In this document: in pieces, positions 1 through 8,838 of the stretch
Position numbering within the stretch: position 1 is the first letter of the stretch
Layout: every line of letters starts with the position of its first letter
Assembly: GCA_900317165.1 (NCBI GenBank)
Contig: ONFU01000014.1
Span: forward strand, 1 to 58,100
Direction: 5' to 3'
DNA: 58,100 nucleotides
DNA from: an uncultured Erysipelotrichaceae bacterium
GTDB taxonomy: Bacteria; Bacillota_I; Bacilli_A; RFN20; CAG-826
Translations under genes and position numbers: made by a program
Notes under the pieces: generated by a model
The model's input: the letters and a program-made list of their open reading frames with translations, nothing else
Databases searched by the model: none
What the model was told of the DNA's origin: nothing

Positions 1-444
1 AAGCTCGGGGCCCATCCTATCGTCTTTGGCCCCCATACCGGTCCTTGTGTTCTCAAATTTCCCGTCAATTGGGGTTTCCTTATTGGAAGCGTGGATATTC
101 TTGGGGTCATAGATCTCGCCGTATCCGCAGCCATAATAGCTCGTCCGGACGGTTTCGATGCCTGTCGTGAGCATTTCGTAATCATCGACGGAGACGCCTT
201 CGAATTCGCCGCTATCCTGAACCGCCTGCATGGCGTTACGGAGATAGTTGTTGCCGAATTGGGTCTGTCCTTCCATATTGGATTGGCCCGTAAGAACGAA
301 GACGTTTACAACCTCTTCTTCGACGGCGGAGCTTTCGGGGGTTGTCAAACCCGTGGCCTTGGAGGTATCGGGGTTATTTACCCCTCCGCAGGCGCAAAGG
401 GAAAGAAGAATGGTCGCAGATAGCAAATAAACCGGCTTTTTCAT
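1..444 (-). CDS. Lipoprotein with SASA/CE6-like (sialate O-acetylesterase/carbohydrate esterase) domain; 3' end runs off the window
   Basis: Not in the ORF track; translated by hand from ATG at 444: MKKPVYLLSATILLSLCACGG (lipobox) ...VFVLTGQSNMEG...RMGPEL. GQSNM and GPEL are SASA-family motifs. Open to base 1. Confidence 0.8.
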   Translation of the reverse strand, partial: MKKPVYLLSATILLSLCACGGVNNPDTSKATGLTTPESSAVEEEVVNVFVLTGQSNMEGQTQFGNNYLRNAMQAVQDSGEFEGVSVDDYEMLTTGIETVRTSYYGCGYGEIYDPKNIHASNKETPIDGKFENTRTGMGAKDDRMGPEL

Positions 445-533
445 CGTTTTTACCTCTAGTTATCAAAATAATAAAAGCACCTTTTAAATATTTAAAAGAC
501 GATAAAGTTGTCAATTGCTAAAGGCAATTATGA

Positions 534-1793
534 TTAATTGGACGAGGTTTCCTCTTCTTCGCCGCTAGGAATGGCTTCCAAAAGGTCTTTGAGAAGGTCG
601 ACGTAATCAATCTCGGTGAAATCCTTTGGATTGGTGACTCTTTTCGGGGTTGTCGTTTCGTAATCATAAGCGAAGCCATAGGAAAGAGCGAACCTCCCAT
701 TTGGGACGATATCGAGGGGCTGCTCGACGCCTTCTTCATCCTTATAGACGAATTTATCGCTATTGAAGGAAGAAATCGCCAAAGCGTATTTGTTATAAGC
801 GACGCCCTTATCGGAGAATTTGTAGACGCTTTCGAAGGACTCGAAATTCATGGTCTCAAGGAAGGAATCGATCGTTTCCTCCTTATCTGGGACTTCCGCG
901 CCGACGACGGGTATATCATCGAAAATCTCATCGTAAGCGGAAAGGAGGAAGGCCCGGAGCTTATCTTGTCCTTCTATCTTGAGTTTGATGGTATCCTCAC
1001 CTTCGAAAGTCCAATAGGCGGGACCCGTAACCTCATAAAGGCTATAGTCGAATTCACTTAGCCTATCGAAGACCTTGGCGAAATCAACTCCTCCAAGATC
1101 ATCGAGGAAAGACATCATGTCGAGGATGTCGTTAAGGTTGAATTCCTCGTAATCGGAAGGGATATCAACCGGCATGTCATCGAGCATCGATGATATTTCG
1201 GGGTCATTTCTTATTTCCTCTTCGCTTAGTGGGGGGAAGCAGACCCTCCCATCGTAGGGGATTTTCACGCTTCCTAAGGTGATCGTGCGGATTTGTCTAG
1301 CCAAGGCATAAGCATCAATATAGAGCTTCCCATCTTGGAAATAGGTGGAGAAATTGGGGACCGGAAGGTTACTGAAGGGATAGGAGCCGAGTTTGCCGCT
1401 CATCTTCCCATCGACGTCTTCCAAGGAATTGGTCATTGAGAAGGCGCGCTTGTTCTTATCTTCCTCGTTGCGTCCAGCGAAGATGATGTCGATCGGCATC
1501 TTCTTTAATTCGAGGGAGAAATTCGTTTCGTTTTCCCCTGGGTTGATTAGGAAACCCACATTCGCGTTAACATAGCCGTTTTCGAAAATGCCGAGTTTGG
1601 CGTTCGCGTGAGGGGTATACATCCTATATCCATCGACCTTCGAGGTTTTATCCATCGCATCCGATAATCTGTTGAAATAGCCTTGTTCGTCCAAGGGGGC
1701 GGAGCTAGAAGAGGAGGAAGGGTCAGCGCCGCCTCCCCCGCAGGAAGTCAAAACCAAAGCCATTAGCAATGAGGGTAGCAGTATTTTGTTCAT
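534..1793 (-). CDS. Hypothetical lipoprotein
   Basis: MNKILLPSLLMALVLTSC lipobox, Ser-rich linker, AGGAGG RBS upstream of ATG 1793. Confidence 0.8.
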   Translation of the reverse strand: MNKILLPSLLMALVLTSCGGGGADPSSSSSSAPLDEQGYFNRLSDAMDKTSKVDGYRMYTPHANAKLGIFENGYVNANVGFLINPGENETNFSLELKKMPIDIIFAGRNEEDKNKRAFSMTNSLEDVDGKMSGKLGSYPFSNLPVPNFSTYFQDGKLYIDAYALARQIRTITLGSVKIPYDGRVCFPPLSEEEIRNDPEISSMLDDMPVDIPSDYEEFNLNDILDMMSFLDDLGGVDFAKVFDRLSEFDYSLYEVTGPAYWTFEGEDTIKLKIEGQDKLRAFLLSAYDEIFDDIPVVGAEVPDKEETIDSFLETMNFESFESVYKFSDKGVAYNKYALAISSFNSDKFVYKDEEGVEQPLDIVPNGRFALSYGFAYDYETTTPKRVTNPKDFTEIDYVDLLKDLLEAIPSGEEEETSSN

Positions 1794-1821
1794 ATTTTTC
1801 CTCCTTTGCATAGCAACATCA

Positions 1822-2553
1822 TTATAGAACGTAAATCGCGTGAAGCAAAATACCAGAGGCGACCGCGACATTGAGGGAATCGATTCCTTCCATTGCTATA
1901 TAGAGCCTACAATCGGCGTTTTCCAATAGATAAGAGGAAGCGCCCCTTCCCTCGTTTCCGAAGATGAAGGCTATCTTTTCGTCTTTATCGAAGTGATGCG
2001 ATTCGAAGCTTTCCGCCTCTTTTAAGGAAGTCGCGTAGACCTTGATTCCGCGGGAATGGAGGAAAGGAATGACCGCCTCCTCATTCATGGAAAGGATGTT
2101 CAAACCGAATAAGGCCCCTTGGGAAGAGGAGATGGCTTTGCTATTGAAGGGCGAGCAAGTCCCCGGGAGGAGAATGATGTTTTTGAAGCCAAAGGCCAAG
2201 GCGTTACGGAATATGGCGCCTAGATTCCCGGGATCTTGAACGCGGTCAAGGACGAGGACGCGGGAAAAGCCATACATGTCCCCCTCCTTTTTATGGCATA
2301 GGCCCAAAATGGGTTCTGGGGTAACCGAATGGGAGAGTTTTTCAATGATGGCTTCGCTTACGCGGATCTTCTCTTTCGCTTCGAGTTTTGGTTCTTCTTC
2401 CGTTGCGTAAAGAAGGGTGTCGAGGTTGCCGTGGAGAGAAGCCATTTCCACAAGGTGGAATCCTTCGACCAAAAAGGAGTCCGCGTTGCCTTTTTTGGCA
2501 ATGTCTTTCAAGGATTTGATAAAAGGGTTATTCAAAGAGAGTATTTCCTTCAT
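1822..2553 (-). CDS. TrmH/SpoU-family RNA 2'-O-methyltransferase
   Basis: Motifs VLDRVQDPGNLGAIFR, FGNEGRG, SLNVAVASGIL. Confidence 0.93.
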   Translation of the reverse strand: MKEILSLNNPFIKSLKDIAKKGNADSFLVEGFHLVEMASLHGNLDTLLYATEEEPKLEAKEKIRVSEAIIEKLSHSVTPEPILGLCHKKEGDMYGFSRVLVLDRVQDPGNLGAIFRNALAFGFKNIILLPGTCSPFNSKAISSSQGALFGLNILSMNEEAVIPFLHSRGIKVYATSLKEAESFESHHFDKDEKIAFIFGNEGRGASSYLLENADCRLYIAMEGIDSLNVAVASGILLHAIYVL

Positions 2554-3182
2554 TCCGACTCCTCCTTCTTGTAGATATGGTGGATAAGCCTTTTCCTTTG
2601 CTTATCGTAATCGGGGCAGTATTTCCTTAGTTTCCGGTTAAAGAGGACCCCGTGGTTATGATGGGTATCATGGCATAATTCATGGATGACGACCGAATCG
2701 ATGGCTTCTTCCGCATATCTATATAAATATAGGGAATAGGATATTCGGTGGGTGGAAGGCGAATTGGAACCAAAACGGCTTTTCATGAGCCTTAAGGAAA
2801 TACGATAGGGTTCCTTTATCTTCATGATCTCCTCGTATTTCCTGGTCCTGCTTTCGAAATACCGCATGGCCTCTTTTTTATGCTTAAGGAGGTATTGATC
2901 CTCGCTTAGGCCATCCAAGGGGGTCAATTCCCCAAGGATATAGGTATAACCTTCGGGAATCGCATCGTCATTTGCTTTCTTCCTACCGCTCTTCCTAAGG
3001 AGTTTTGGCAAGGATTCGTAGACGTATTTATCCACTTCCTCATAACCAAGGATTGGATTCGCGGAGATATGGAGTTCGTTTTTATCAAGAAAAAAGGAAA
3101 CGCGGAAAAGCGATTTCATCCTTTTCCAAGTCAATAGACCCGAATAGGATTTGCCTTGATATTCGTAAACCCGTTTTTCCAT
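2550..3182 (-). CDS. YgjP/DUF45-like zinc metallopeptidase
   Basis: MKSRFGS...VVIHELCH...HNHG..F motif pattern. Confidence 0.8.
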   Translation of the reverse strand: MEKRVYEYQGKSYSGLLTWKRMKSLFRVSFFLDKNELHISANPILGYEEVDKYVYESLPKLLRKSGRKKANDDAIPEGYTYILGELTPLDGLSEDQYLLKHKKEAMRYFESRTRKYEEIMKIKEPYRISLRLMKSRFGSNSPSTHRISYSLYLYRYAEEAIDSVVIHELCHDTHHNHGVLFNRKLRKYCPDYDKQRKRLIHHIYKKEESE

Positions 3183-3295
3183 AAGGAAAGAATACTCCTA
3201 AACCTCCACTTTTTGAATGCATCTACGGCCTTTTGCTAAACTTAGTTTAGATAATGCTTTCTTCTTGGCCTAAAAGATTCTAAAATACGCCCGAT

Positions 3296-4111
3296 ATGGA
3301 TAAGATTCTGATCTCGGCCTGCTTAGTGGGCGAAAACACGAAATACGATGGGGGGAATAACCTCAACCAAGACCTTGAAGGCCTCTTGCAGTTTTACGAT
3401 CTGATCCCCTTTTGCCCCGAGGTCGAAGGCGGACTGAAGACCCCTAGGGAGCCAAGCGAGATCATCTTCGATTCCGTCAAGAGCAAATCCGGCAAGGACG
3501 TGTCCAAGAATTTCGCGCTTGGGGCGGAAAAAGCCCTTAGCATCGTCCGCTTCTTCGGCATCAAAACCGCGATTCTCAAGGAAGGCTCCCCTTCTTGCGG
3601 AAGCCATGAAATCGGGGATGGCACTTTCTCCCATAAGAAAATCAAAGGCGAAGGCATAACCGCGCGTCTATTAAGGGAAAACGGGGTTAAGGTCCTTAAC
3701 GAAACCGAGGCCCTCGAACTTCTTTCCAAACTCAAGGAAGGCCAAGCCAAGAAGGAAGAAGCCACCAAAAAGGCGATTGAGGCCGATGCGAATAAGGAAA
3801 ACGGTCTAGAGGAGATCAAAGAGCCCAAAACCTTCGAAAAGAAGGAAGATAGACCCCGTCGTTATGAGAAGAAGCCTCAATTCAAGCCGGAAAACCGTCG
3901 TTTCCATAAAGACGGCGAGGATAAGCCTCGTGGCGAAAAGAGATTCCATGAATCGCGTCGTTCCCACCCATTCCGCGAAGATAGAAAAGATAAGCCCTTT
4001 CATAAGGAAAATGGCGAAAGGCGATTCGAGTCTCTCGGTAAACCCCACACCATGAATAGGGGCAAAGGGCCAAGAAAACCTGGTCCAAGGAAAACCTTCA
4101 ACAAGAAATAG
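3296..4111 (+). CDS. DUF523 (2-thiouracil desulfurase TudS-like) protein with charged low-complexity C-terminal tail
   Basis: ISACLVG...YDG, CPEVEGGL.TPREP and LKEGSPSCG motifs; the last ~125 aa are E/K/R-rich. Confidence 0.85.
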   Translation: MDKILISACLVGENTKYDGGNNLNQDLEGLLQFYDLIPFCPEVEGGLKTPREPSEIIFDSVKSKSGKDVSKNFALGAEKALSIVRFFGIKTAILKEGSPSCGSHEIGDGTFSHKKIKGEGITARLLRENGVKVLNETEALELLSKLKEGQAKKEEATKKAIEADANKENGLEEIKEPKTFEKKEDRPRRYEKKPQFKPENRRFHKDGEDKPRGEKRFHESRRSHPFREDRKDKPFHKENGERRFESLGKPHTMNRGKGPRKPGPRKTFNKK

Positions 4112-4116
4112 AATCT

Positions 4117-4139
4117 AGGCGCTTCTGCGCCTTTTTTTC
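4117..4139. terminator. Rho-independent terminator between convergent genes
   Basis: aggcgc-ttct-gcgcct hairpin followed by a T run. Confidence 0.7.
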
Positions 4140-4140
4140 T

Positions 4141-4401
4141 TTAGAATCCTATATCGTGTTCTTCCGGGGTATTGATGATTTCTTCCTTCTTCTCCTTCTC
4201 TAAGTCATGTTCCATCTTGGAGGAAAGGGAAAGAAGGATCAAAGCCATCCCTAGTCCTAGCAATCCGCATTCGACGCAGCCAAGGATATCCTTGGCAAGG
4301 AACAACCGAAAGATTCCTAAAACCAGGAAAACGATTGCCATCAAAATGCCACCGCATCGGACCCATTTGACGTTTTTTGCATATTTTTCTTCTTCACTCA
4401 T
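4141..4401 (-). CDS. Small two-TM membrane protein
   Basis: Two hydrophobic segments, GAGGTG RBS; directly downstream of the conserved 40-bp motif. Confidence 0.65.
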   Translation of the reverse strand: MSEEEKYAKNVKWVRCGGILMAIVFLVLGIFRLFLAKDILGCVECGLLGLGMALILLSLSSKMEHDLEKEKKEEIINTPEEHDIGF

Positions 4402-4434
4402 ATGCACACCTCTTTTCTAGAGACAAAAAAGTGC

Positions 4435-4474
4435 CTCTACTAACTTATAGGGGCAAAAAGCGAAATTTGGCTCA
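4435..4474 (-). promoter_or_regulatory. Conserved promoter-like motif, copy A
   Basis: Minus strand TGAGCCAAATTTCG-N7-CCCCTATAAGTTAGTAGAG; same motif and spacing at 17375-17414 and 48299-48338. Confidence 0.7.
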
Positions 4475-4491
4475 CATTTTTTTAAATTTTT

Positions 4492-5049
4492 TTATCGTCT
4501 TAATGAAAGTTGGAAATAAAGCTCGAGCAAAAGGGCGTTATGGTAATCGCGAATATCAAGGGCGGTCAACGAGATGAAATTGGAGATCCTCGCGTTGAAG
4601 GTGTTCCGATGGATATAAAGGGTTTCCGCCGCCTTAAGGCCATTGAGTCCCGCGCGGAGATATGCTCCCGCGGTTTCGAGCAAATCGAGGGGAACGCGGG
4701 CGAAATAATCGCGAAGTGGCTGGAAGGACGAATAATTGCCAAAGCCGATTTGCTTCATGATGACGTCATGAGGGAAAACCATGGTATTGGGGAAATAGGC
4801 AAGCGCGTCATCAAGAAGGCTCAACATGAAATCGTCGTCATAGGGGGCGACGAGAATTGAGATATTCCCAGAATGAGGCAAGCGAAGATAATTCAAAAGC
4901 TTACCTTCAATCGCGTCATCGTGCCTGAAATAGCAAAGGTTCGGATCGACCATATTCAAAGAATATAGGCCTTCATGATTGTCCATTAAGGTCTCTATGG
5001 TCAAAAAATCGAGGGGACGGGTCGATTTAATCAGATAATATTTATCCAT
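4492..5049 (-). CDS. PucR/CdaR-type C-terminal HTH regulator
   Basis: LNGLKAAETLYIHRNTFNARI is the HTH_30-type signature. Confidence 0.8.
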   Translation of the reverse strand: MDKYYLIKSTRPLDFLTIETLMDNHEGLYSLNMVDPNLCYFRHDDAIEGKLLNYLRLPHSGNISILVAPYDDDFMLSLLDDALAYFPNTMVFPHDVIMKQIGFGNYSSFQPLRDYFARVPLDLLETAGAYLRAGLNGLKAAETLYIHRNTFNARISNFISLTALDIRDYHNALLLELYFQLSLRR

Positions 5050-5052
5050 TGT

Positions 5053-6774
5053 CTAGTAAGCCTTCATGACGATGCATTCAAATGGACGAAGGGTGAAGAC
5101 ATGGTCAATGTAAATGAAGTCATCGTAATTATGGAGGATTACGTCCGTTGGCCTCCAATGGAATGAGAAATAGGTCGTGTGTTTGCTAAAGGAAGCGATG
5201 ACGACAAGCTTTTCCTCGTTAAGTTCAAAGAAATAACCGTAAACATCTGGATGGTTATGGTCATAAAGGTCATAATGGCCATAACGAAGGAAGCGCATGT
5301 TCTCTTCCCTCTTCCTAAGCTTGATTGCCAATTTGGTGAAATTGAGGATGGAGTCAGGGTCTTTTTCCTCATCGAGGACATTAACCCCTTCTTTCGCGTT
5401 GGGATTGGCTTTAACCCTGCCTTCCTTAATGGAGAATCCGGCGTTGTCGCTAGAATTCCATTGCATGGGTTGTCTGCCGTTTATGCGTGAGGTGCGGCAT
5501 AGATAATGGGCGATGTGGCTATCGCTATAGCCTTGTGAACGGAGATAGGCAACCTCGTTTTTGCTGCTGATATCGGCATAGAAATCCTCAGGCTTATCGA
5601 ATTGGACGTTGCTCATGCCTATTTCATCGCCATAAAGCATGAAGGGGACGCCATAAGAGAAAAGGAGGGTGGAGATAAGCATCTTCATCGATTGTTTACG
5701 GTATTCGACGTTTCCATATTGGCTAAGGGCCCTTGGATGGTCGTGGTCGGTCCAATAAATCGGCAAAGCCTCAACGTCTTTCCTTGTTTCGTCATACCAC
5801 TTCTTGAAGTTGTCCTTAAGCTCGATGACGCGGGTGTAGATTTCTTCGTCTTTCCTATCGATTGAGGCGAAGGCCCCATTGCACCAAGCCGTATCGAAAT
5901 TGAAGGCCATATTGATTAGGCCGTTATATTTATTGGTGAGCCTTAAAGATTGCTTAGGGGAGATTCCTCCGCCGGCTTCGCCGATGGTAAGGCAATCATA
6001 ATGGGAGAGGACCTTTTCTTTGAATTCTCCCAAATATTGATACATGTCTTCCCTATTCGCGTATTTGCTTGGGTCAAGGACCAAGCCATCTGGCCCAACA
6101 GGAAGGGAGGAATCGCTAAAGGAAAGGTCTTTTCCTAAATGACTAATGGCATCGAGACGGAAGCCATCGACCCCCATATCGAGATAATGCCTAGCGATTT
6201 CAAAATACTTCTCTCTTAAAGGAGGATAAGACCAGTTGACATCGGGCATTTTCTTGGAGAAAAGATGGAGGTAGAAGGTATCTTCGCTCCCCGGGACTTT
6301 ATTCCAGGCGGATTCGCTGAAATAACTCCTCCAGTTATTCGGGGGTTCGATGCCTTTTTCAGTCCTTCTCCCCTTGAGGAAATAATAATAGGAGGCCTCT
6401 TCCGAACTAGGATCTTCAATGGCTTTCTTAAACCAAGGATGTTCGTCCGAGGTATGGTTCAATACGAAATCGATGATGATCCTAATCCCGAGGGAATGGG
6501 CCTTATCAAGCATTGCTTGGAAGTCTTCGTTGCTGCCAAAACGCGGGTCGACATCATAATAGGAGGATACGTCATATCCGTTATCGTCCATCGGGGAGGC
6601 GAAAAAGGGGCAGATCCAAATCAAATCAATGCCCAAATCATGGAGGTAATCAAGCTTTTGGATAATGCCTTGGAGGTCGCCTACGCCATCTCCATTGGAA
6701 TCATAAAAGGCATCCGGATAGATGATATAGCCAGTCGCTTCTTGCCAGGGTGAAAGGAAATGTCTTTCATTCAT
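5053..6774 (-). CDS. GH13 alpha-glucosidase / oligo-1,6-glucosidase
   Basis: DSNGDGVGDL, DNGYDV, DFVLNHTSDEHPWF, GVDGFRLDAISH, DHDHPR motifs. Confidence 0.93.
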   Translation of the reverse strand: MNERHFLSPWQEATGYIIYPDAFYDSNGDGVGDLQGIIQKLDYLHDLGIDLIWICPFFASPMDDNGYDVSSYYDVDPRFGSNEDFQAMLDKAHSLGIRIIIDFVLNHTSDEHPWFKKAIEDPSSEEASYYYFLKGRRTEKGIEPPNNWRSYFSESAWNKVPGSEDTFYLHLFSKKMPDVNWSYPPLREKYFEIARHYLDMGVDGFRLDAISHLGKDLSFSDSSLPVGPDGLVLDPSKYANREDMYQYLGEFKEKVLSHYDCLTIGEAGGGISPKQSLRLTNKYNGLINMAFNFDTAWCNGAFASIDRKDEEIYTRVIELKDNFKKWYDETRKDVEALPIYWTDHDHPRALSQYGNVEYRKQSMKMLISTLLFSYGVPFMLYGDEIGMSNVQFDKPEDFYADISSKNEVAYLRSQGYSDSHIAHYLCRTSRINGRQPMQWNSSDNAGFSIKEGRVKANPNAKEGVNVLDEEKDPDSILNFTKLAIKLRKREENMRFLRYGHYDLYDHNHPDVYGYFFELNEEKLVVIASFSKHTTYFSFHWRPTDVILHNYDDFIYIDHVFTLRPFECIVMKAY

Positions 6775-6847
6775 AGCCTCATTATATCGGAAGCGCGCAT
6801 ACGCGTGCAAAGGAAATCGAACTAACCCATGAAATAATGGAAAATAA

Positions 6848-6914
6848 TCGATACATGTCCTGCTTATTCAATGTTTATATAAGTCCTTTTCTTTCCGTTA
6901 GAGACATGTATCGA
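6848..6914. repeat. 12-bp perfect inverted repeat in the divergent promoter region
   Basis: TCGATACATGTC (6848-6859) and GACATGTATCGA (6903-6914). Confidence 0.6.
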
Positions 6915-6935
6915 GTTTCCGTTTTCCCCTTTAGC

Positions 6936-6949
6936 TGGAAGCGCTTACA
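6936..6949. promoter_or_regulatory. cre-like / LacI-family operator
   Basis: TGGAAGCGCTTACA matches the cre consensus TGNAANCGNTTNCA; lies between the glucosidase and ABC genes. Confidence 0.6.
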
Positions 6950-7032
6950 TATTGACCCCTTTGTTTTTTAAAAACAAGATAAAGGCAATCCATGTTTTCC
7001 TTAAGGAAACAAAGTTGGATTAGGGAGTTTCC

Positions 7033-8838
7033 ATGGGCGATTTGCTTAGGTTAACGAAAAAAGCGATCAAGGGCCATGCCTTCCTTTTCTATTTTTCCTT
7101 TTTCCTCCAATTCCTCATGGTTTTGGGGGTAGTTTTCACCTCCTTTATGTCGAAGGTCCTTGTCGATGCCCTTCTCCATAATTTGGATCCCGCCACTTTG
7201 GATCCGGTTAGCAAGCTTGTCGTCAACATGCTTTCCCTTGGCAATGGCGAAGAATTCATCTATTCCCATATGTATGTCTTGCCTCTATCCCTCCTTCTAG
7301 GGGCGATTTATATCTTCTTGATGTCATTAGTAAGGATGCTATCGAGGTTTTATGTCACCAACGCGATGCAAAAAGGGATTCAGGTCCTTCTTTATAACCA
7401 CCTCGTTTCCTTGCCTTATAGCGAATACCAAAACCAGAAAAGCGGCGATTTGATTCAATGCTGCACGAGGGACGTCGAAGTCGTAAGGCGCTTCCTTGGA
7501 TTCGACCTCAACCAATTGACCTACACTGTTTTCATGGTGGGCTTATGCTCGGGGATCCTCGCTTCAGTATCCTGGAAGCTATTCATCATCGCGATCATCC
7601 TTTTCCCCTTCCTTTTCGTCTATTCCTTCTTCCTCATCAAGACGGTTAGGAAAAGATATAGGGCCACGGACGACGCGGAAGCCGTCTTGATGGATACGAT
7701 TTCCAATGACCTTAACGCGGTAAGGCTAGTTAAAGCCTATGCCGCGGAGAATAGCGAATGCGAAAGGTTCGATAGGGAAATAGATGAATACGAAGCCCGT
7801 TTCATCTCGTGGAGAAGGCTCTCCTCCTTCTTCTTCGCGTCTAGCGATATCTTCATTTTCCTTTCTAGGACGGTCGCGGTCATCTACGCGCTTTTCCTCG
7901 TTTTCTCCAAGGAAATAACCCCAGGGACCGCGGTTATCGCCTATACCTTCGTCAATATGATGGTCTGGCCACTTCGCAATACGGCGATGAGAATCAGCGC
8001 CCTTGGCCAAACCCTCGCTTCTAGCGATCGCATCACCTTATTCCTCAATAGGCCCGAGGAAGATAGGTTAAACGGGGATAAGGCCCCATTTGGTCAACTC
8101 GTTTTCGATGACGTTTCCTTTGCTTATCCTGACCAAAAGGAAGTCGATGTCATCGAAAACGTCTCCTTTACCTTGAATCCCGGCGAAACCTTGGCGATCA
8201 TGGGCAAGACCGGCAGTGGGAAATCGACGGTCGCGAGTCTATTGATGCGCCTATATGAGCCGACAAGCGGGAAAATCACCCTTGATGGGAAAGACATTTC
8301 CTCCATGAGCAAAAAGAGTCTCCGTCGCCATATCGCCCCCGTCTTGCAAGACCCCTTCCTCTTCTCGAAGACTGTCTCGGACAACATCTCCATCGGGATG
8401 GAAATGGAGGATGAGGAAACGATAGAGGAAAGCGCGAAACTCGCCAAAATGGAAGAAAGCATCGCTTCTTTCGCGGAAGGTTACCAAACGCCTGTTGGCG
8501 ATAAGGGCGTCACCCTTTCAGGAGGGCAAAGGCAGCGTCTTGCCTTAGCTAGGGCCCTAGCCACAAAACGCGACATCCTCCTTCTTGACGATTCCCTTTC
8601 CGCGGTTGATTCGAAGACCGATTTAGCGATTCGCAAAGGATTGTCGGAAAGCGGGCGGAGGAAGATGACGATTATCATCACCCACCGTGTCAATACCGCA
8701 AAAGACGCGGATAAAATCATGGTTTTGGATAAGGGGAGGGTTGAATCTCTCGGTACGCATGAGGAACTTTTGGTTTCCTCAAAGTTATATAAGGAAATAG
8801 CCACCATCCAAGGTGTCTTTGGAGAGGGGGTGAAGTGA
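7033..8838 (+). CDS. ABC exporter, fused permease/ATPase subunit 1
   Basis: TM domain plus GKTGSGKS, LSGGQRQR, LLLDD (degenerate Walker B). Confidence 0.93.
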   Translation: MGDLLRLTKKAIKGHAFLFYFSFFLQFLMVLGVVFTSFMSKVLVDALLHNLDPATLDPVSKLVVNMLSLGNGEEFIYSHMYVLPLSLLLGAIYIFLMSLVRMLSRFYVTNAMQKGIQVLLYNHLVSLPYSEYQNQKSGDLIQCCTRDVEVVRRFLGFDLNQLTYTVFMVGLCSGILASVSWKLFIIAIILFPFLFVYSFFLIKTVRKRYRATDDAEAVLMDTISNDLNAVRLVKAYAAENSECERFDREIDEYEARFISWRRLSSFFFASSDIFIFLSRTVAVIYALFLVFSKEITPGTAVIAYTFVNMMVWPLRNTAMRISALGQTLASSDRITLFLNRPEEDRLNGDKAPFGQLVFDDVSFAYPDQKEVDVIENVSFTLNPGETLAIMGKTGSGKSTVASLLMRLYEPTSGKITLDGKDISSMSKKSLRRHIAPVLQDPFLFSKTVSDNISIGMEMEDEETIEESAKLAKMEESIASFAEGYQTPVGDKGVTLSGGQRQRLALARALATKRDILLLDDSLSAVDSKTDLAIRKGLSESGRRKMTIIITHRVNTAKDADKIMVLDKGRVESLGTHEELLVSSKLYKEIATIQGVFGEGVK

